IMG/VR virus record: IMGVR_UViG_3300028591_000009
Coordinates: 32,001 to 96,000 of that record
DNA from: a virus
Taxonomy: Duplodnaviria > Caudoviricetes
Direction: 5' to 3' (one strand)
DNA length: 64,000 nt
Positions 22,896 to 32,594 of the stretch are shown piece after piece. A program made the position numbers and the translations under genes. The notes beneath the pieces were generated by a model. That model saw only the letters and a list, made by a program, of their open reading frames with translations, was not told the DNA's origin and did no database searches. Every line of letters begins with the position of its first letter. Within the stretch, counting starts at the first letter, position 1.

Positions 22896-23483
22896 TTATT
22901 CATCGGACGTACTTACACTCATTCCTACTATCCCCGTTTCCAGGTTAAGAAATGCTTTACCAGTTGCGTCAGGAAAGTGAAATACGCGATGCTTGTCGGA
23001 TACGTTCACGTTCACGACAACGGGCTCTGCAACAGGTTTGACGACTACGCTTGAGCCTGACTTCCTCCGGTCTCCCTCGAGAGACGCTCCACCGCCTTTA
23101 TTGTTGCATACATGCTCGTGTATCTCGAATAAACGAGAAACAACCCAATCATATTCATTTTCGCGTTGTGCTTTCTTAGCAATTTCAACACCAAGTCCTT
23201 CTTCAATGGCAACTGCATTGTCACCTACAGAAAGACTCACAAGGGCATCCCATACGGCTAATGCCCAACTCTCGAACGGCAGTTTTACCTGACATCCGAT
23301 TAGTCGATTCCAGAAATCAAAGCTTGTTTCACCAAGAACTACAGTTCCATCGTCACAAACTCTGAAGATTGCGTATGATTTACCCTCTCCGCCGACAGCT
23401 TTTACTTTTTCTGCGACGGTCTCATTTTTCATCAACTGGACCATCAAACCGATAGACCAGTCTGTGAGGGATTTAACCTTCAT
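22896..23483 (-). CDS. Hypothetical protein
   Basis: 195 aa ORF, coupled to upstream gene. Confidence 0.65.
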   Translation of the reverse strand: MKVKSLTDWSIGLMVQLMKNETVAEKVKAVGGEGKSYAIFRVCDDGTVVLGETSFDFWNRLIGCQVKLPFESWALAVWDALVSLSVGDNAVAIEEGLGVEIAKKAQRENEYDWVVSRLFEIHEHVCNNKGGGASLEGDRRKSGSSVVVKPVAEPVVVNVNVSDKHRVFHFPDATGKAFLNLETGIVGMSVSTSDE

Positions 23484-23484
23484 A

Positions 23485-24159
23485 TTACTCGTTAGATGTA
23501 TGAACGTTAATCACACTCGTAGCGCCACCATTAAGGATGTCCTTAATCTTGACATTATCCATCTTGGAGTCGTTCCACTCCTTAGAAATCTCATCTGCTT
23601 TCTTATCGTTCTCGACGATAGCGCCCTGGATGTTCTGCTTCATCTTGTTCAGAGCTGACATCAGCATGTCAATGTTCTTGAGTTCAGCGCGGTTAGCGTC
23701 GTTCAGAACCTTGGCAACCTTCTTAGCGTCCAGGAAGAAGTTCTCACCCTCAGCGTGAATAGCAGCCTCGATTGCATCTTCGATGGGCTTCTCGGTTACA
23801 ACTGGATTAACACCGTTGTTGAGCGGGAAGAACAAATCACGAGTGCCATCGGGGCGAGCATTGATAGAGATACCTACCTGCTTAGCCTCACCGATACCTA
23901 CTGTATCGAAGCAAGCACCAATGATATCCTTGGTACGGAGCGTGTACTTGCGAGGAGAACGATTGGTAATCAACAGAGCAACACCAGGAGTGTTTGCCTG
24001 CTTCTTGTCGTTCTCAAAGCCTTCCTTGCCGCCGGCCCAGATTTCCTTCATTTCAACTTCAGTGTAAGCTTTGCCTAGCAAAGCACCAATAAGACTAGCA
24101 GCCTGACGAGTGCTAGGGATGACGTTTGAAATATTAACGTCGATAGTTTTTTCTGCCAT
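23485..24159 (-). CDS. Hypothetical protein with C-terminal coiled coil (start revised to MAEKTI)
   Basis: ORF with A-rich leader. Confidence 0.7.
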   Translation of the reverse strand: MAEKTIDVNISNVIPSTRQAASLIGALLGKAYTEVEMKEIWAGGKEGFENDKKQANTPGVALLITNRSPRKYTLRTKDIIGACFDTVGIGEAKQVGISINARPDGTRDLFFPLNNGVNPVVTEKPIEDAIEAAIHAEGENFFLDAKKVAKVLNDANRAELKNIDMLMSALNKMKQNIQGAIVENDKKADEISKEWNDSKMDNVKIKDILNGGATSVINVHTSNE

Positions 24160-24224
24160 TTTTCTTTCCTTTTTGATATCGTGGTTGATCCACCAACGAA
24201 AGATTAATAATTCCTGCTTCAAGG

Positions 24225-26345
24225 TGCAGGTTTACCTTGTTTTATATAAGTTTTACATCCGGCTCGGTGGCTCTACTAGATGTTGACGTTAGACGGTTAT
24301 TGTGATTTCAGTTGCTGTGCTTACGGGAAGCACGCTTCTATTAGAGACTAGTTACACTTCTATATTCCTTAAAATGAAGCTCAACTCATGTAACGGGAAT
24401 CCAACGGTAGGATTATCTAAGCCCATCATCTCAATAGGTTCGAAAACTTTGAACGCTGAATATGTGTATCAAACACTAACCCTATTTGTCGGTATGTTTA
24501 TATTTTCGTAAACATTTATTAAATTTATATTAAATCCAATATTCACTTTTTTCGAGTCCGTTGGCAAAATTTTGGAATTATCCAACTAATGTTCATAGGA
24601 CTCACCACAAAAATTTTGCATAGTTTCTCTGTTAGTATATTTCCCAAGTACCTTAAGAGTTAACTACACTACGATTGTCATTTAACCACAGATTTTCTCT
24701 CCTGTTGCATGATTTAAGGCTCATACTACTATTACCTTTCCTTGTTATTTCAACGTGCTTGTGTTTACCTACGTAAGGATTACGTTTCTTTATCGAACAA
24801 TCTAAGAGCTCCATAACTCTTTTCAAGTACTACGATTTAAAATTCTTCCTAGCGATTCTACGGTACTAAATATTTCTTCTCTTGGATGTGTTTACTCACC
24901 CTCATTATTTATAGTGCACGAATACTGGAGGAATTCCACCTCATACATCGCTTCTTGTCACCCACTTAATGTTCCGCTTCATCGAGTCCTAGTTTCACAA
25001 ACTATCCCAAATGCAACTGGTTGTACGGTTTGCTACTTCTATTTCCTTTACCCCTCCGAGACAGGGAGGTGATTTCACTTCGCGATAAGCTGCCCATCGA
25101 TTAAATGTATATGACTTCATGGTCTCTACCGAACACATAGATTTGCTGTCTATGCTCTGATAGGATTCATCTTGTCTATTTGCTTCTCAGGAACGGTTGG
25201 CACTCGATTTCTGGCGTGAAAGCACTCACAAACATTACAAACGGAGTCTTTCGTTGATATACAACATTAATTTCTCCCAGCCAGGGGACATCAATTTTTG
25301 TTAAACATGTTAATTATCTCTTTTGTTTTCTACTACGTATTATCTTCGTTAGAATCTTCTCCCGATAAAGTATAACGGTATATTGTATACAGTTCGTCAT
25401 CTAACTATCATCTTACTTTCGAAGGAAGCGATCTCTCTCTATACTGGAATGTATAGGCTTCGAATCGACCACCTAGATAAGAAATTTTTGGCTATCTAGT
25501 AACCATCTAAAACGCATTTCCTCATCCTTCAAACATAATACTCGCTTACCAGTACTTGTTATCAATTGAAATAGAGTTTCTCCGCGCTCTTCATCCGCGT
25601 ACCATAGGCTCCAGAACCATATGGATTAAGTGGCGCATCCACTTGTAGTCATTTCCTCTTATATCCCGCACAAACGACTAAAGCCTGGCGGTCATCTTCA
25701 TCATATTTTCCTCTGTACCCCATCCCTGGCACCCCTTCAACGGAGTTGTGCACGAATCGAACGGCAAGGATTTCTCCAAGGACCGTAGTTACGGTACGGC
25801 GCAGACAGTCACACCTTCTGCTAGGCGAATATACTCAGATATTTTTCATCCCTTCATACACGTTGTGGAGACGTGGAACACTAGACTACAGCTTAAAGTT
25901 GATACATCATTGAGTGTTTTGGCTTCAAACTCAATGTTGCGACTCCTGTTTCGTTATGCTATCCTTATGTATCATCAGATAGTATGTCGAATACGGTTCA
26001 GTTTTGCCCATCATTCGGGACTTATGCGTCTTCCTTACTAATACCCCACACTTCAAAGAGTCTGGCAAGAGCATAAAGGACTCTGCTGGTATATATTAGT
26101 GTTAGGGTCTGATACATACGCTCACCCTACTTACTATAAGCGATTCGATTATGTAGTACGCATAAAACTTATAGCATTTCATCCTACCTTTTGGATTTCT
26201 CACCATTTGAGATGGCTAACATATTCTCGGATCAAGTTGTACTATTCGCATTCTAAGGTTGATGAGACCTACTCCGTAGACGAATGCTGACGTGTGCCCA
26301 TCGGGCGGGGAATGTATGAATCCTCATACATCCCCCATGCACCGG
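24225..26345. other. ~2.1-kb hairpin-rich region without a convincing ORF (candidate long ncRNA locus)
   Basis: No - strand ORF of 60 aa or more in the track; TAA/TGA stops in all - frames where sampled; many short stems. Confidence 0.5.
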
Positions 26346-26350
26346 AGTGA

Positions 26351-26833
26351 CTAACGCTTGTAGACTACCTCACCGTCGACTGTGAGGCAAATGGACGCTT
26401 TAGGAGGTCCAACAGTGTCTGGGGTGTACTCCTCGCGAACCCCACGTACTTTGTTGTTAACAATACTATCAGGAATTATAGCTGGTGTGCTCAACCCCTG
26501 ACGTTTTATTGTGGCACGAGCAGATGTACGCTTCTTCTTGTACACTAGGTTCTTTACTCTCGGAGCTTGAGATGTGTCCTTAACAACCACTATTTCTAGT
26601 GGGACATACTCTTTCTCCGTTTTGTTCTGTCTCTCAACTATAGGTTGAGTGATAGATGGCAACGGCAATGCTCGATAATCGGGCAGCGTTGCAGCGTTCA
26701 ATGTCTGATGCTTGCGCATAGACATCTCATTGTTCTCTACCTCCGCTAATGACCACCCTGCTAGGGCAAACAATAGCGAACAAATAATTGTTGTAACTAG
26801 TTTCATACCTTTGATAGATTTCGAAACTATCAC
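26351..26833 (-). CDS. Membrane-anchored hypothetical protein (TAG stop)
   Basis: Hydrophobic N-terminal helix. Confidence 0.65.
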   Translation of the reverse strand: MIVSKSIKGMKLVTTIICSLLFALAGWSLAEVENNEMSMRKHQTLNAATLPDYRALPLPSITQPIVERQNKTEKEYVPLEIVVVKDTSQAPRVKNLVYKKKRTSARATIKRQGLSTPAIIPDSIVNNKVRGVREEYTPDTVGPPKASICLTVDGEVVYKR

Positions 26834-26838
26834 ATCAC

Positions 26839-28230
26839 TTAACCCTTCTTCTCCTCAGGAACAGGAACTTCAACGAGATTGCTCTCCTTGTAGTTGATAG
26901 ACTGAGACAGAGGATCGGTGAACATGTTGACAATAATGCCAGCACGCTGCTGAACATTCTTCAGCAATGCCTCATTAGTCTCATCATCAAGCTCCTTACC
27001 CTTGAACTCAGGATAGTAAGTGTCAATGATATTACCAACCAGACGGTGAGCAAGTTTGTACTCCTCAGAGTCAGTCTTGTCAGACTTGTAGTTGTCAATC
27101 AAAGCGTCTACTACCTCGAATGAAGGATTGGTAGTTTCTGTGATAATCAGGTTCAACTCCTCGATGGCGGTCTCGTTTGCACGAATAGCAGTTTCAGTTG
27201 CTACCTTTGCAGCGCCCTTCTCGTTCTCAAGATGCTTCTTCTGCTCCTTGATAACTTCGTTGCACTCAGCTATTCTACTGTTACATGACCACAGTAAGAG
27301 AATGCGAACGATGTCAGCCACGTACTGATCGTCAATGGTATTGTCCTTCTCAGGAACGGCACTGCGACGATAGAGGCAGAACGACGAAATGGGACTTCCA
27401 GTCTCAGCGGAACGCTTGCGAAGAAAGTAAGCAGTGCCAGTCAATGCAAATGGGCAAGGACCAACAATCTCTGCTATCTCATCCAGCAACTTCTGGCGAG
27501 ACTTATCCTTAACTTCGTTAACGGCAGCCGTCTTGTCCTCAGTAGCATTGGCCTGGATGGTCAAATAGCCACGATAGAACTTGATGGTACGTTGTACACG
27601 TGCGTCTGGGCGATCAATACCGTCAGAGATAGGCTTTACGAGCATGGCTGTGAGAGATGCCTTTAACTGCTCAGGAGTCTTTATCTCCGCAGGATTGCTA
27701 ACTGCCTTGGCGACAGATTCCATTTCCTTCTTTTTGCTTTTGATGGTCTTTTCAGACACGTCCTTCTTGTCAATTGTAACAACACGTGTCTCAGCTGGAA
27801 GAAGGCCAACAACACCTGCCTGTTTGAGCTGTTCCTCTGTAGGAGCAGGAAGCATCTTGAACTCAGGAAGCTTAATTCCGCGCTCAATTGCCATACCCAT
27901 CAAGGCGTTGTAGTTGTTCTCGTTAGCTGTGATGATAAGACCAGCAACACTGTTGCCAGATGCTATCTCAGTAATAGCGACATCGAGGATTGATACTTGT
28001 GCAAGCATGGTGAGACCATCGATAGTGCACTGAGAAGGCTTCTCGGTATTGGTCATCAAGAATGCACGTTCGTTTTGTAGTGCGCCAATATAAGCGACTT
28101 TATCGCTCTGGCTCATACCCTTTGTGTTAGGGTTATTGTTTACAGGAAACTTCACTGTAGTATTATTTTCAGGAGCTCCCTGTGCTTCTGCTGCTGCTGC
28201 AGCTGCAGAAGTCTTGTTGTTTTTTGCCAT
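26839..28230 (-). CDS. Hypothetical protein, 463 aa
   Basis: Long ORF preceded by CGTTATCAAA leader variant. Confidence 0.8.
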   Translation of the reverse strand: MAKNNKTSAAAAAAEAQGAPENNTTVKFPVNNNPNTKGMSQSDKVAYIGALQNERAFLMTNTEKPSQCTIDGLTMLAQVSILDVAITEIASGNSVAGLIITANENNYNALMGMAIERGIKLPEFKMLPAPTEEQLKQAGVVGLLPAETRVVTIDKKDVSEKTIKSKKKEMESVAKAVSNPAEIKTPEQLKASLTAMLVKPISDGIDRPDARVQRTIKFYRGYLTIQANATEDKTAAVNEVKDKSRQKLLDEIAEIVGPCPFALTGTAYFLRKRSAETGSPISSFCLYRRSAVPEKDNTIDDQYVADIVRILLLWSCNSRIAECNEVIKEQKKHLENEKGAAKVATETAIRANETAIEELNLIITETTNPSFEVVDALIDNYKSDKTDSEEYKLAHRLVGNIIDTYYPEFKGKELDDETNEALLKNVQQRAGIIVNMFTDPLSQSINYKESNLVEVPVPEEKKG

Positions 28231-28313
28231 TTTGATAACGGTTTTTTAAATTAATTACTTGTGGTTGGTTAGTCCACTTAACTATAACCATAGGAACTGA
28301 TTGTAGTAGACTT

Positions 28314-28727
28314 TCAAGAATCGTCTACAATTTCTACACTGTTTGGCGGGTTTGGCAAAGCGTGTAGGTATAGTCTATGAGTCACCCCACAGACATCACT
28401 TAAAGTCTGGTTAGGCTCAACCATATCAGGCGTATAATCCTGACTCACAAGGCTTGAAGTTACCTTCACTGGTGTTGTATAGTCTACATACTCAGGAATA
28501 CATACGAATGTTCCCTGTGTAGCCAACAACCCTTGTGTGGGGTACGCCTGGTTGAGCATGACCTGACTTTGTTCCTTCTTTTCGATTGCCTTATGAGCAA
28601 TCGTTCCTACTGTGAAAGCTAATGTATAGCTTACAAATAGGGCCCAGAATACTTTGTTGCTATTGTTGTATCTTGCGATACCCAATATAAACAGTGTTCC
28701 GAGAATGAACAATAAAGCTACTGTCAT
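28314..28727 (-). CDS. Two-TM membrane protein coupled to the ECF sigma gene
   Basis: Two hydrophobic segments; ATGA overlap with sigma stop. Confidence 0.65.
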   Translation of the reverse strand: MTVALLFILGTLFILGIARYNNSNKVFWALFVSYTLAFTVGTIAHKAIEKKEQSQVMLNQAYPTQGLLATQGTFVCIPEYVDYTTPVKVTSSLVSQDYTPDMVEPNQTLSDVCGVTHRLYLHALPNPPNSVEIVDDS

Positions 28728-29287
28728 GATTGTAATTTTAAACGTTGTCTTAACTTACGTCTAGTCCTGGAGAGCGTGGATTTTATAGTTCCTACTGGTA
28801 CTCTAGGATTAAACGTCTTACTAATCTCTTCTACGGTTAAATTATCTACATAAAATCTTTCAAAGATCTTACGAGTGACCTCTGGAAGTTTCTCAAACTC
28901 ACGAAGTAGTTCCTTATACGTCAGATGATTGACTAAGTCATCTTCAGCACAAGCCTGAATATTGGAGTTTAGTCGGTCCTCCTTTATATCAGCTACTTGT
29001 TTGTTCTTTATACTACGCAAATAATCAATTGCAGTTCGATTAGTCAATATTCGCAGCCAACCCCCAAAGGAGTCGTATGCTACAAATTTCGAGAGTTTAT
29101 CATGCACTTTAAGAAAGACAATATTTGCCACTTCTTTAGACTCGTCCATATCTTTTAGATACTGGAACAAAAGACTCTCTACAAAGCCTTTATACTTGTA
29201 GTAAAGTGCATTAAAAGCAAGCTCATCGCCTGCTTGCGCTTTTTTGATTAAGTCAACTTCAGTTGGGGTGATTCTAGGATTCTTCAT
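28724..29287 (-). CDS. ECF-type sigma-70 factor
   Basis: AQAGDELAFNALY, SFGGWLRILTNRTAIDYLR (region 2), LTVEEIS..VGTIKSTLSRTR (region 4). Confidence 0.9.
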   Translation of the reverse strand: MKNPRITPTEVDLIKKAQAGDELAFNALYYKYKGFVESLLFQYLKDMDESKEVANIVFLKVHDKLSKFVAYDSFGGWLRILTNRTAIDYLRSIKNKQVADIKEDRLNSNIQACAEDDLVNHLTYKELLREFEKLPEVTRKIFERFYVDNLTVEEISKTFNPRVPVGTIKSTLSRTRRKLRQRLKLQS

Positions 29288-29389
29288 AATCAAAAACAAT
29301 TTACTCGGTTTATTAAGGTGTCACTCCTGTACGCGGAACCGAAACGCTTAGTGGGCAGTGGGAATACCAATCCCGTTAGGTTTTCTGCC

Positions 29390-29824
29390 CTAGAATGGTA
29401 AATCTTCTGTGTTTATCTCAGAAAGTTCGCCATTGATTGTAGTTACAAAGTTGCGATGTATCTTGCTACTCAATTTAGCAGACAATCTTCCATCATATAC
29501 CAGTTTGTTAAGTAAACCTGTTGCTATTCGCATTCGAACACCTATCGTTCGATAATCAGCTAGCCCTAATAATAGGACTATCTTTTTGTTTACCCACACC
29601 AATATACTATGGAGATCATCATTGCGCCAAATCTCGTACAGAATTTCATCATCAACTTCGTCGTCACATAACGAAAACACCTTGGTATTTTCTACTATAC
29701 CCTTTACGCCTTGATTGTATGCGATACGTAAATGATCGTAAATAACACTAGGTTTTTGATTCTCGTCATCTACTCCTATCGGAGTCAAATATTTGGAAAA
29801 TATACTACACATACTCTTTTTCAA
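29390..29824 (-). CDS. Hypothetical protein with SSB-like EDLPF tail (TAG stop)
   Basis: 144 aa ORF. Confidence 0.65.
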   Translation of the reverse strand: MKKSMCSIFSKYLTPIGVDDENQKPSVIYDHLRIAYNQGVKGIVENTKVFSLCDDEVDDEILYEIWRNDDLHSILVWVNKKIVLLLGLADYRTIGVRMRIATGLLNKLVYDGRLSAKLSSKIHRNFVTTINGELSEINTEDLPF

Positions 29825-30362
29825 AACTCTTTATTAAGAAGTCAACTAATCTATCTACAAATGCATATTTAGCTTGTTTTTCTTCTTCTGAAGCGTCTCT
29901 TGAAGGCATGAGTTCGCTAAGATGAGTATTAATAATCTCAATACGTATATCAAGATCAGTTCTACCTATCTTTTTAGAGTTATCATACGTATTTTGTACA
30001 TACGCGTGATTAGTTCTGAACCAGTTTACCCATGAAGTAACCCTTTTCCAATATATTTTCGTACTTGGATCTTTTGGGTCATTTGTATCAGTAAGCTCGT
30101 CCCAATCAATACTTCTCTCAAATATAAAGTTTTTAGGTTTACCTTTAACAATTCCAAGTATAGCTCGTACGATCTCCTTCTTATTTTCAGGAGCTTTTTG
30201 TATAAGTCTGCTTTCATTATCAACTTTATCGCCTATAATCTTTACGAAATGAGTATAAGTATGTTCAACCCATGCATTTTTAGATTTTGTAAACTTCAAT
30301 GCAAGGTCTACAACTTTGGGACAGCGGTCCCGTAACATTTCACGATATCCTAGTTTTTTCAT
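29805..30362 (-). CDS. Hypothetical protein
   Basis: 185 aa ORF starting just after tRNA-Arg. Confidence 0.7.
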   Translation of the reverse strand: MKKLGYREMLRDRCPKVVDLALKFTKSKNAWVEHTYTHFVKIIGDKVDNESRLIQKAPENKKEIVRAILGIVKGKPKNFIFERSIDWDELTDTNDPKDPSTKIYWKRVTSWVNWFRTNHAYVQNTYDNSKKIGRTDLDIRIEIINTHLSELMPSRDASEEEKQAKYAFVDRLVDFLIKSFEKEYV

Positions 30363-30364
30363 AG

Positions 30365-30438
30365 TGATTCCTGAACGATTCGAACGTTCGACCGACAGAT
30401 TAGAAATCTGTTGCTCTATCCAACTGAGCTAAGGAACC
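30365..30438 (-). tRNA. tRNA-Arg(TCT)
   Basis: ACAGA-TTTCTAA-TCTGT anticodon arm; canonical D and T arms. Confidence 0.9.
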
Positions 30439-30499
30439 TTTTGAGGCGTTTGTTTTTATAGTGGTGTCAAGCGAGCCTCTGTAAGCATGTCCACAACAT

Positions 30500-30549
30500 T
30501 GGAATGAGTGCAGGCTTCGAACCTGCCATAGTTCCGTTATTACTCATTC
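30500..30549 (-). ncRNA. Mini tRNA-like element (acceptor stem plus T arm only)
   Basis: GAATGAGT/ACTCATTC stem, 15-nt linker, GCAGG-TTCGAAG-CCTGC. Confidence 0.6.
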
Positions 30550-30860
30550 ACCGTTCACAGGCACTTAGGTAGCCTGTACACCGACTTCACGCTGCCTCCT
30601 GGAGACCCGTGTAGTCTGCAATGTTATAATTGCCAGTTAATTTTTATATCGAAGCGCTTAACGTCTTACTTTCCGCTGCCGTCAAAACCATTCAAGCCCA
30701 GATTAAAAGCTCCCGCCTCTATCCTCTGTACACCTTCTTCAGTGCCAGCGAGTACACAATTCAGGGAGCTTGGAGTGTTAATCAATAATACACGTGGACC
30801 TGGGCGGAATCGAACCGCCGTCCGAACAGCATATCCTAGGACACGCTAAGATTTCACTTG
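30550..30860 (-). ncRNA. ssrA: Permuted two-piece tmRNA: acceptor piece (~30860-30795) precedes coding piece (30699-~30550)
   Basis: GGGCTTG/CAGGTCC-A acceptor with G3-U70; GGCGG-TTCGATT-CCGCC T arm; GGTTTTGAC 5' motif; TAACT-GGC resume context; tag GNYNIADYTGLQEAA* at 30634-30587; outer boundaries approximate. Confidence 0.8.
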
Positions 30861-31338
30861 TGAACCTCACAATGATCAGTTGTAAGATTCGATTTAAGGC
30901 TATTTACAGCCTCTCTGACGCATTTTCTATACTCTTGTGGGTAGCTAATCCTCTGGAGTATATTAAACGCTTAGAATGGCTTTTTCATAAACCTTTATTT
31001 GTAGTACATTGCCCTGACTGACTCTCTGGTTCTTGCAGAATATACTCGCATTCTTGATATACAACGCGGTAGCTGCTTCCCTTAATGAAGGTTGACCGCT
31101 CACAGTAGCACCGGTTCATGACTCATACGTCGTAATTGTTGATCTAATGGCAGCATATTATTACACCGTGCTGACGGTGTTGATTTTCGCACGTGACTCA
31201 AAGGTTCTTGTGTATGTGTCAATTCACATAAAGCAGACTACTTCATCCATACCAGGCGCAATGCCATTTTTACATTTTTCGACTGCTTATACACCACTGA
31301 TTCTAGGATTCTGGGTGAGTGAAAATCATATAATGGGA

Positions 31339-31833
31339 TTAATCCCACCAGTAGGCGTAACGACCCTCATAGCTGGCGCGCAGCTCTTCGAGATCCTTAC
31401 GTAACTGCTTGTTGCTCTCAGAGATCTTCTTCTCAATCTCCTCGTTCAACTTACGCTTCTCTTCCTTGTACTCGGTAGGAGTCAGGACTGGCTCTTTGCA
31501 CTTGTTCTTTGTGGGAACCAGGCGACCGTTGACAATCTCTGTCTCAAAGCCGATTACACGCTCGAGCAGCTTCTTCGTTCCGTCCAACTTCTCCTTGGTG
31601 ATGTCGTCTTCACGGCGACGTGCACGGAGTTCCGCACGGGTCTTGACGTTCTGATAGGTGGCCAGACCAATTGCATCCTTGATCTCGCGCTTCTTCTTGT
31701 CTGCCTCCTCCTTCTTCATGTCGGCGACAGCAGCCTCTACCAGAGACTCCTCATCCACGTGGTTGTTTACTTTGAAATCCTGAGGCTCTGCTGCATTTTC
31801 AGCTGCCTTCTTGTTTTCTTTCTTTTCTGCCAT
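31339..31833 (-). CDS. Charged coiled-coil hypothetical protein
   Basis: 164 aa ORF with CATTTATCAAAA leader. Confidence 0.75.
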   Translation of the reverse strand: MAEKKENKKAAENAAEPQDFKVNNHVDEESLVEAAVADMKKEEADKKKREIKDAIGLATYQNVKTRAELRARRREDDITKEKLDGTKKLLERVIGFETEIVNGRLVPTKNKCKEPVLTPTEYKEEKRKLNEEIEKKISESNKQLRKDLEELRASYEGRYAYWWD

Positions 31834-31866
31834 TTTTGATAAATGTTTAATTGTTTAACTTAAAGT

Positions 31867-31998
31867 TTATTTATATTCCTCATAAGTTGAGGCTTTATGC
31901 TTTACTGTACGTGTGTACGGCACTGCATTCTTGTGTTTTGGACTCTCTGACTTAAAACGTATTGTTTTGCCATTAAATCCGTACTTACCATGACACAT
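31867..31998 (-). CDS. Small basic protein (43 aa, MCHGKYGFNG...)
   Basis: Read by hand; fills the gap between neighbouring genes. Confidence 0.4.
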   Translation of the reverse strand: MCHGKYGFNGKTIRFKSESPKHKNAVPYTRTVKHKASTYEEYK

Positions 31999-31999
31999 A

Positions 32000-32593
32000 T
32001 CACATAATGTTTATGATACTTCTCACATCTTTTTCTACCTTACTCCAGTTACCACCAGAATTAGCGTTCAATATATCTATTGCGCTTTTAACTGCTTCGG
32101 TTTCTTTTGTAATGATACCGTCTCGGATTTGTTTTATTACTTCAATCAAATCCCACAGTCTACCTGCGTAGCTGTTCATAAAATATACTGCTTGTGATAC
32201 AGCATAACTAGATGGTCCGTGTGTTATACGACCACCGCCGTCACAAATAATGCGAGTTATGTCATCTATATCAATGTCAATAGGCACTGATATTTTACCT
32301 TCTTCAAGCATAGCCAGGGCCTGAGCAAAGGTAATATTCAAGATACTTTCAAGACGATGAGCAGCTTGTGTGCGCTTAACGTCATCTATTGAAGAGATGG
32401 ATATTATATTCATCTTTTTCTCTTGTTTACTATCTCTGTCCAATATAGCTCTACTAATACTATCAGAGTCGAAATGCTTAATCTCTGTTACACCATCACA
32501 CCAGGATGTTGTTAACAGACCATTAGCAAGTGCTTCTACGTTACCTTTTGTAGGTTTTGTTCCTTCGTAGAATACAATAAGCGCGTTCACCAT
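32000..32593 (-). CDS. Hypothetical protein
   Basis: 197 aa ORF. Confidence 0.7.
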   Translation of the reverse strand: MVNALIVFYEGTKPTKGNVEALANGLLTTSWCDGVTEIKHFDSDSISRAILDRDSKQEKKMNIISISSIDDVKRTQAAHRLESILNITFAQALAMLEEGKISVPIDIDIDDITRIICDGGGRITHGPSSYAVSQAVYFMNSYAGRLWDLIEVIKQIRDGIITKETEAVKSAIDILNANSGGNWSKVEKDVRSIINIM

Positions 32594-32594
32594 A

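Noticed and set aside
25660-25815. Group I intron core (AAACGACTA resembles the P7 element)
   Set aside because: On the strand opposite the flanking genes, no convincing partner element and no interrupted host gene
24225-26345. CRISPR array or DGR template in the non-coding island
   Set aside because: No regularly spaced repeats, and no reverse transcriptase or cas gene in the window
29353-29390. Additional mini-tRNA (GGGCAG/CTGCCC)
   Set aside because: Geometry is similar but loop TTGGTAT lacks T-loop consensus; not counted
30365-30438. Second amber suppressor (loop TTTCTAA contains CTA)
   Set aside because: Positions 34-36 of the 7-nt loop are TCT, so it is Arg
30794-31021. + strand ORF MDLGGIEPPSEQ...
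   Set aside because: Antisense shadow of the tmRNA T arm
32300-32410. Ribosomal L7/L12 C-terminal-like domain in 32000-32593
   Set aside because: Only a loose pattern resemblance; needs a profile search
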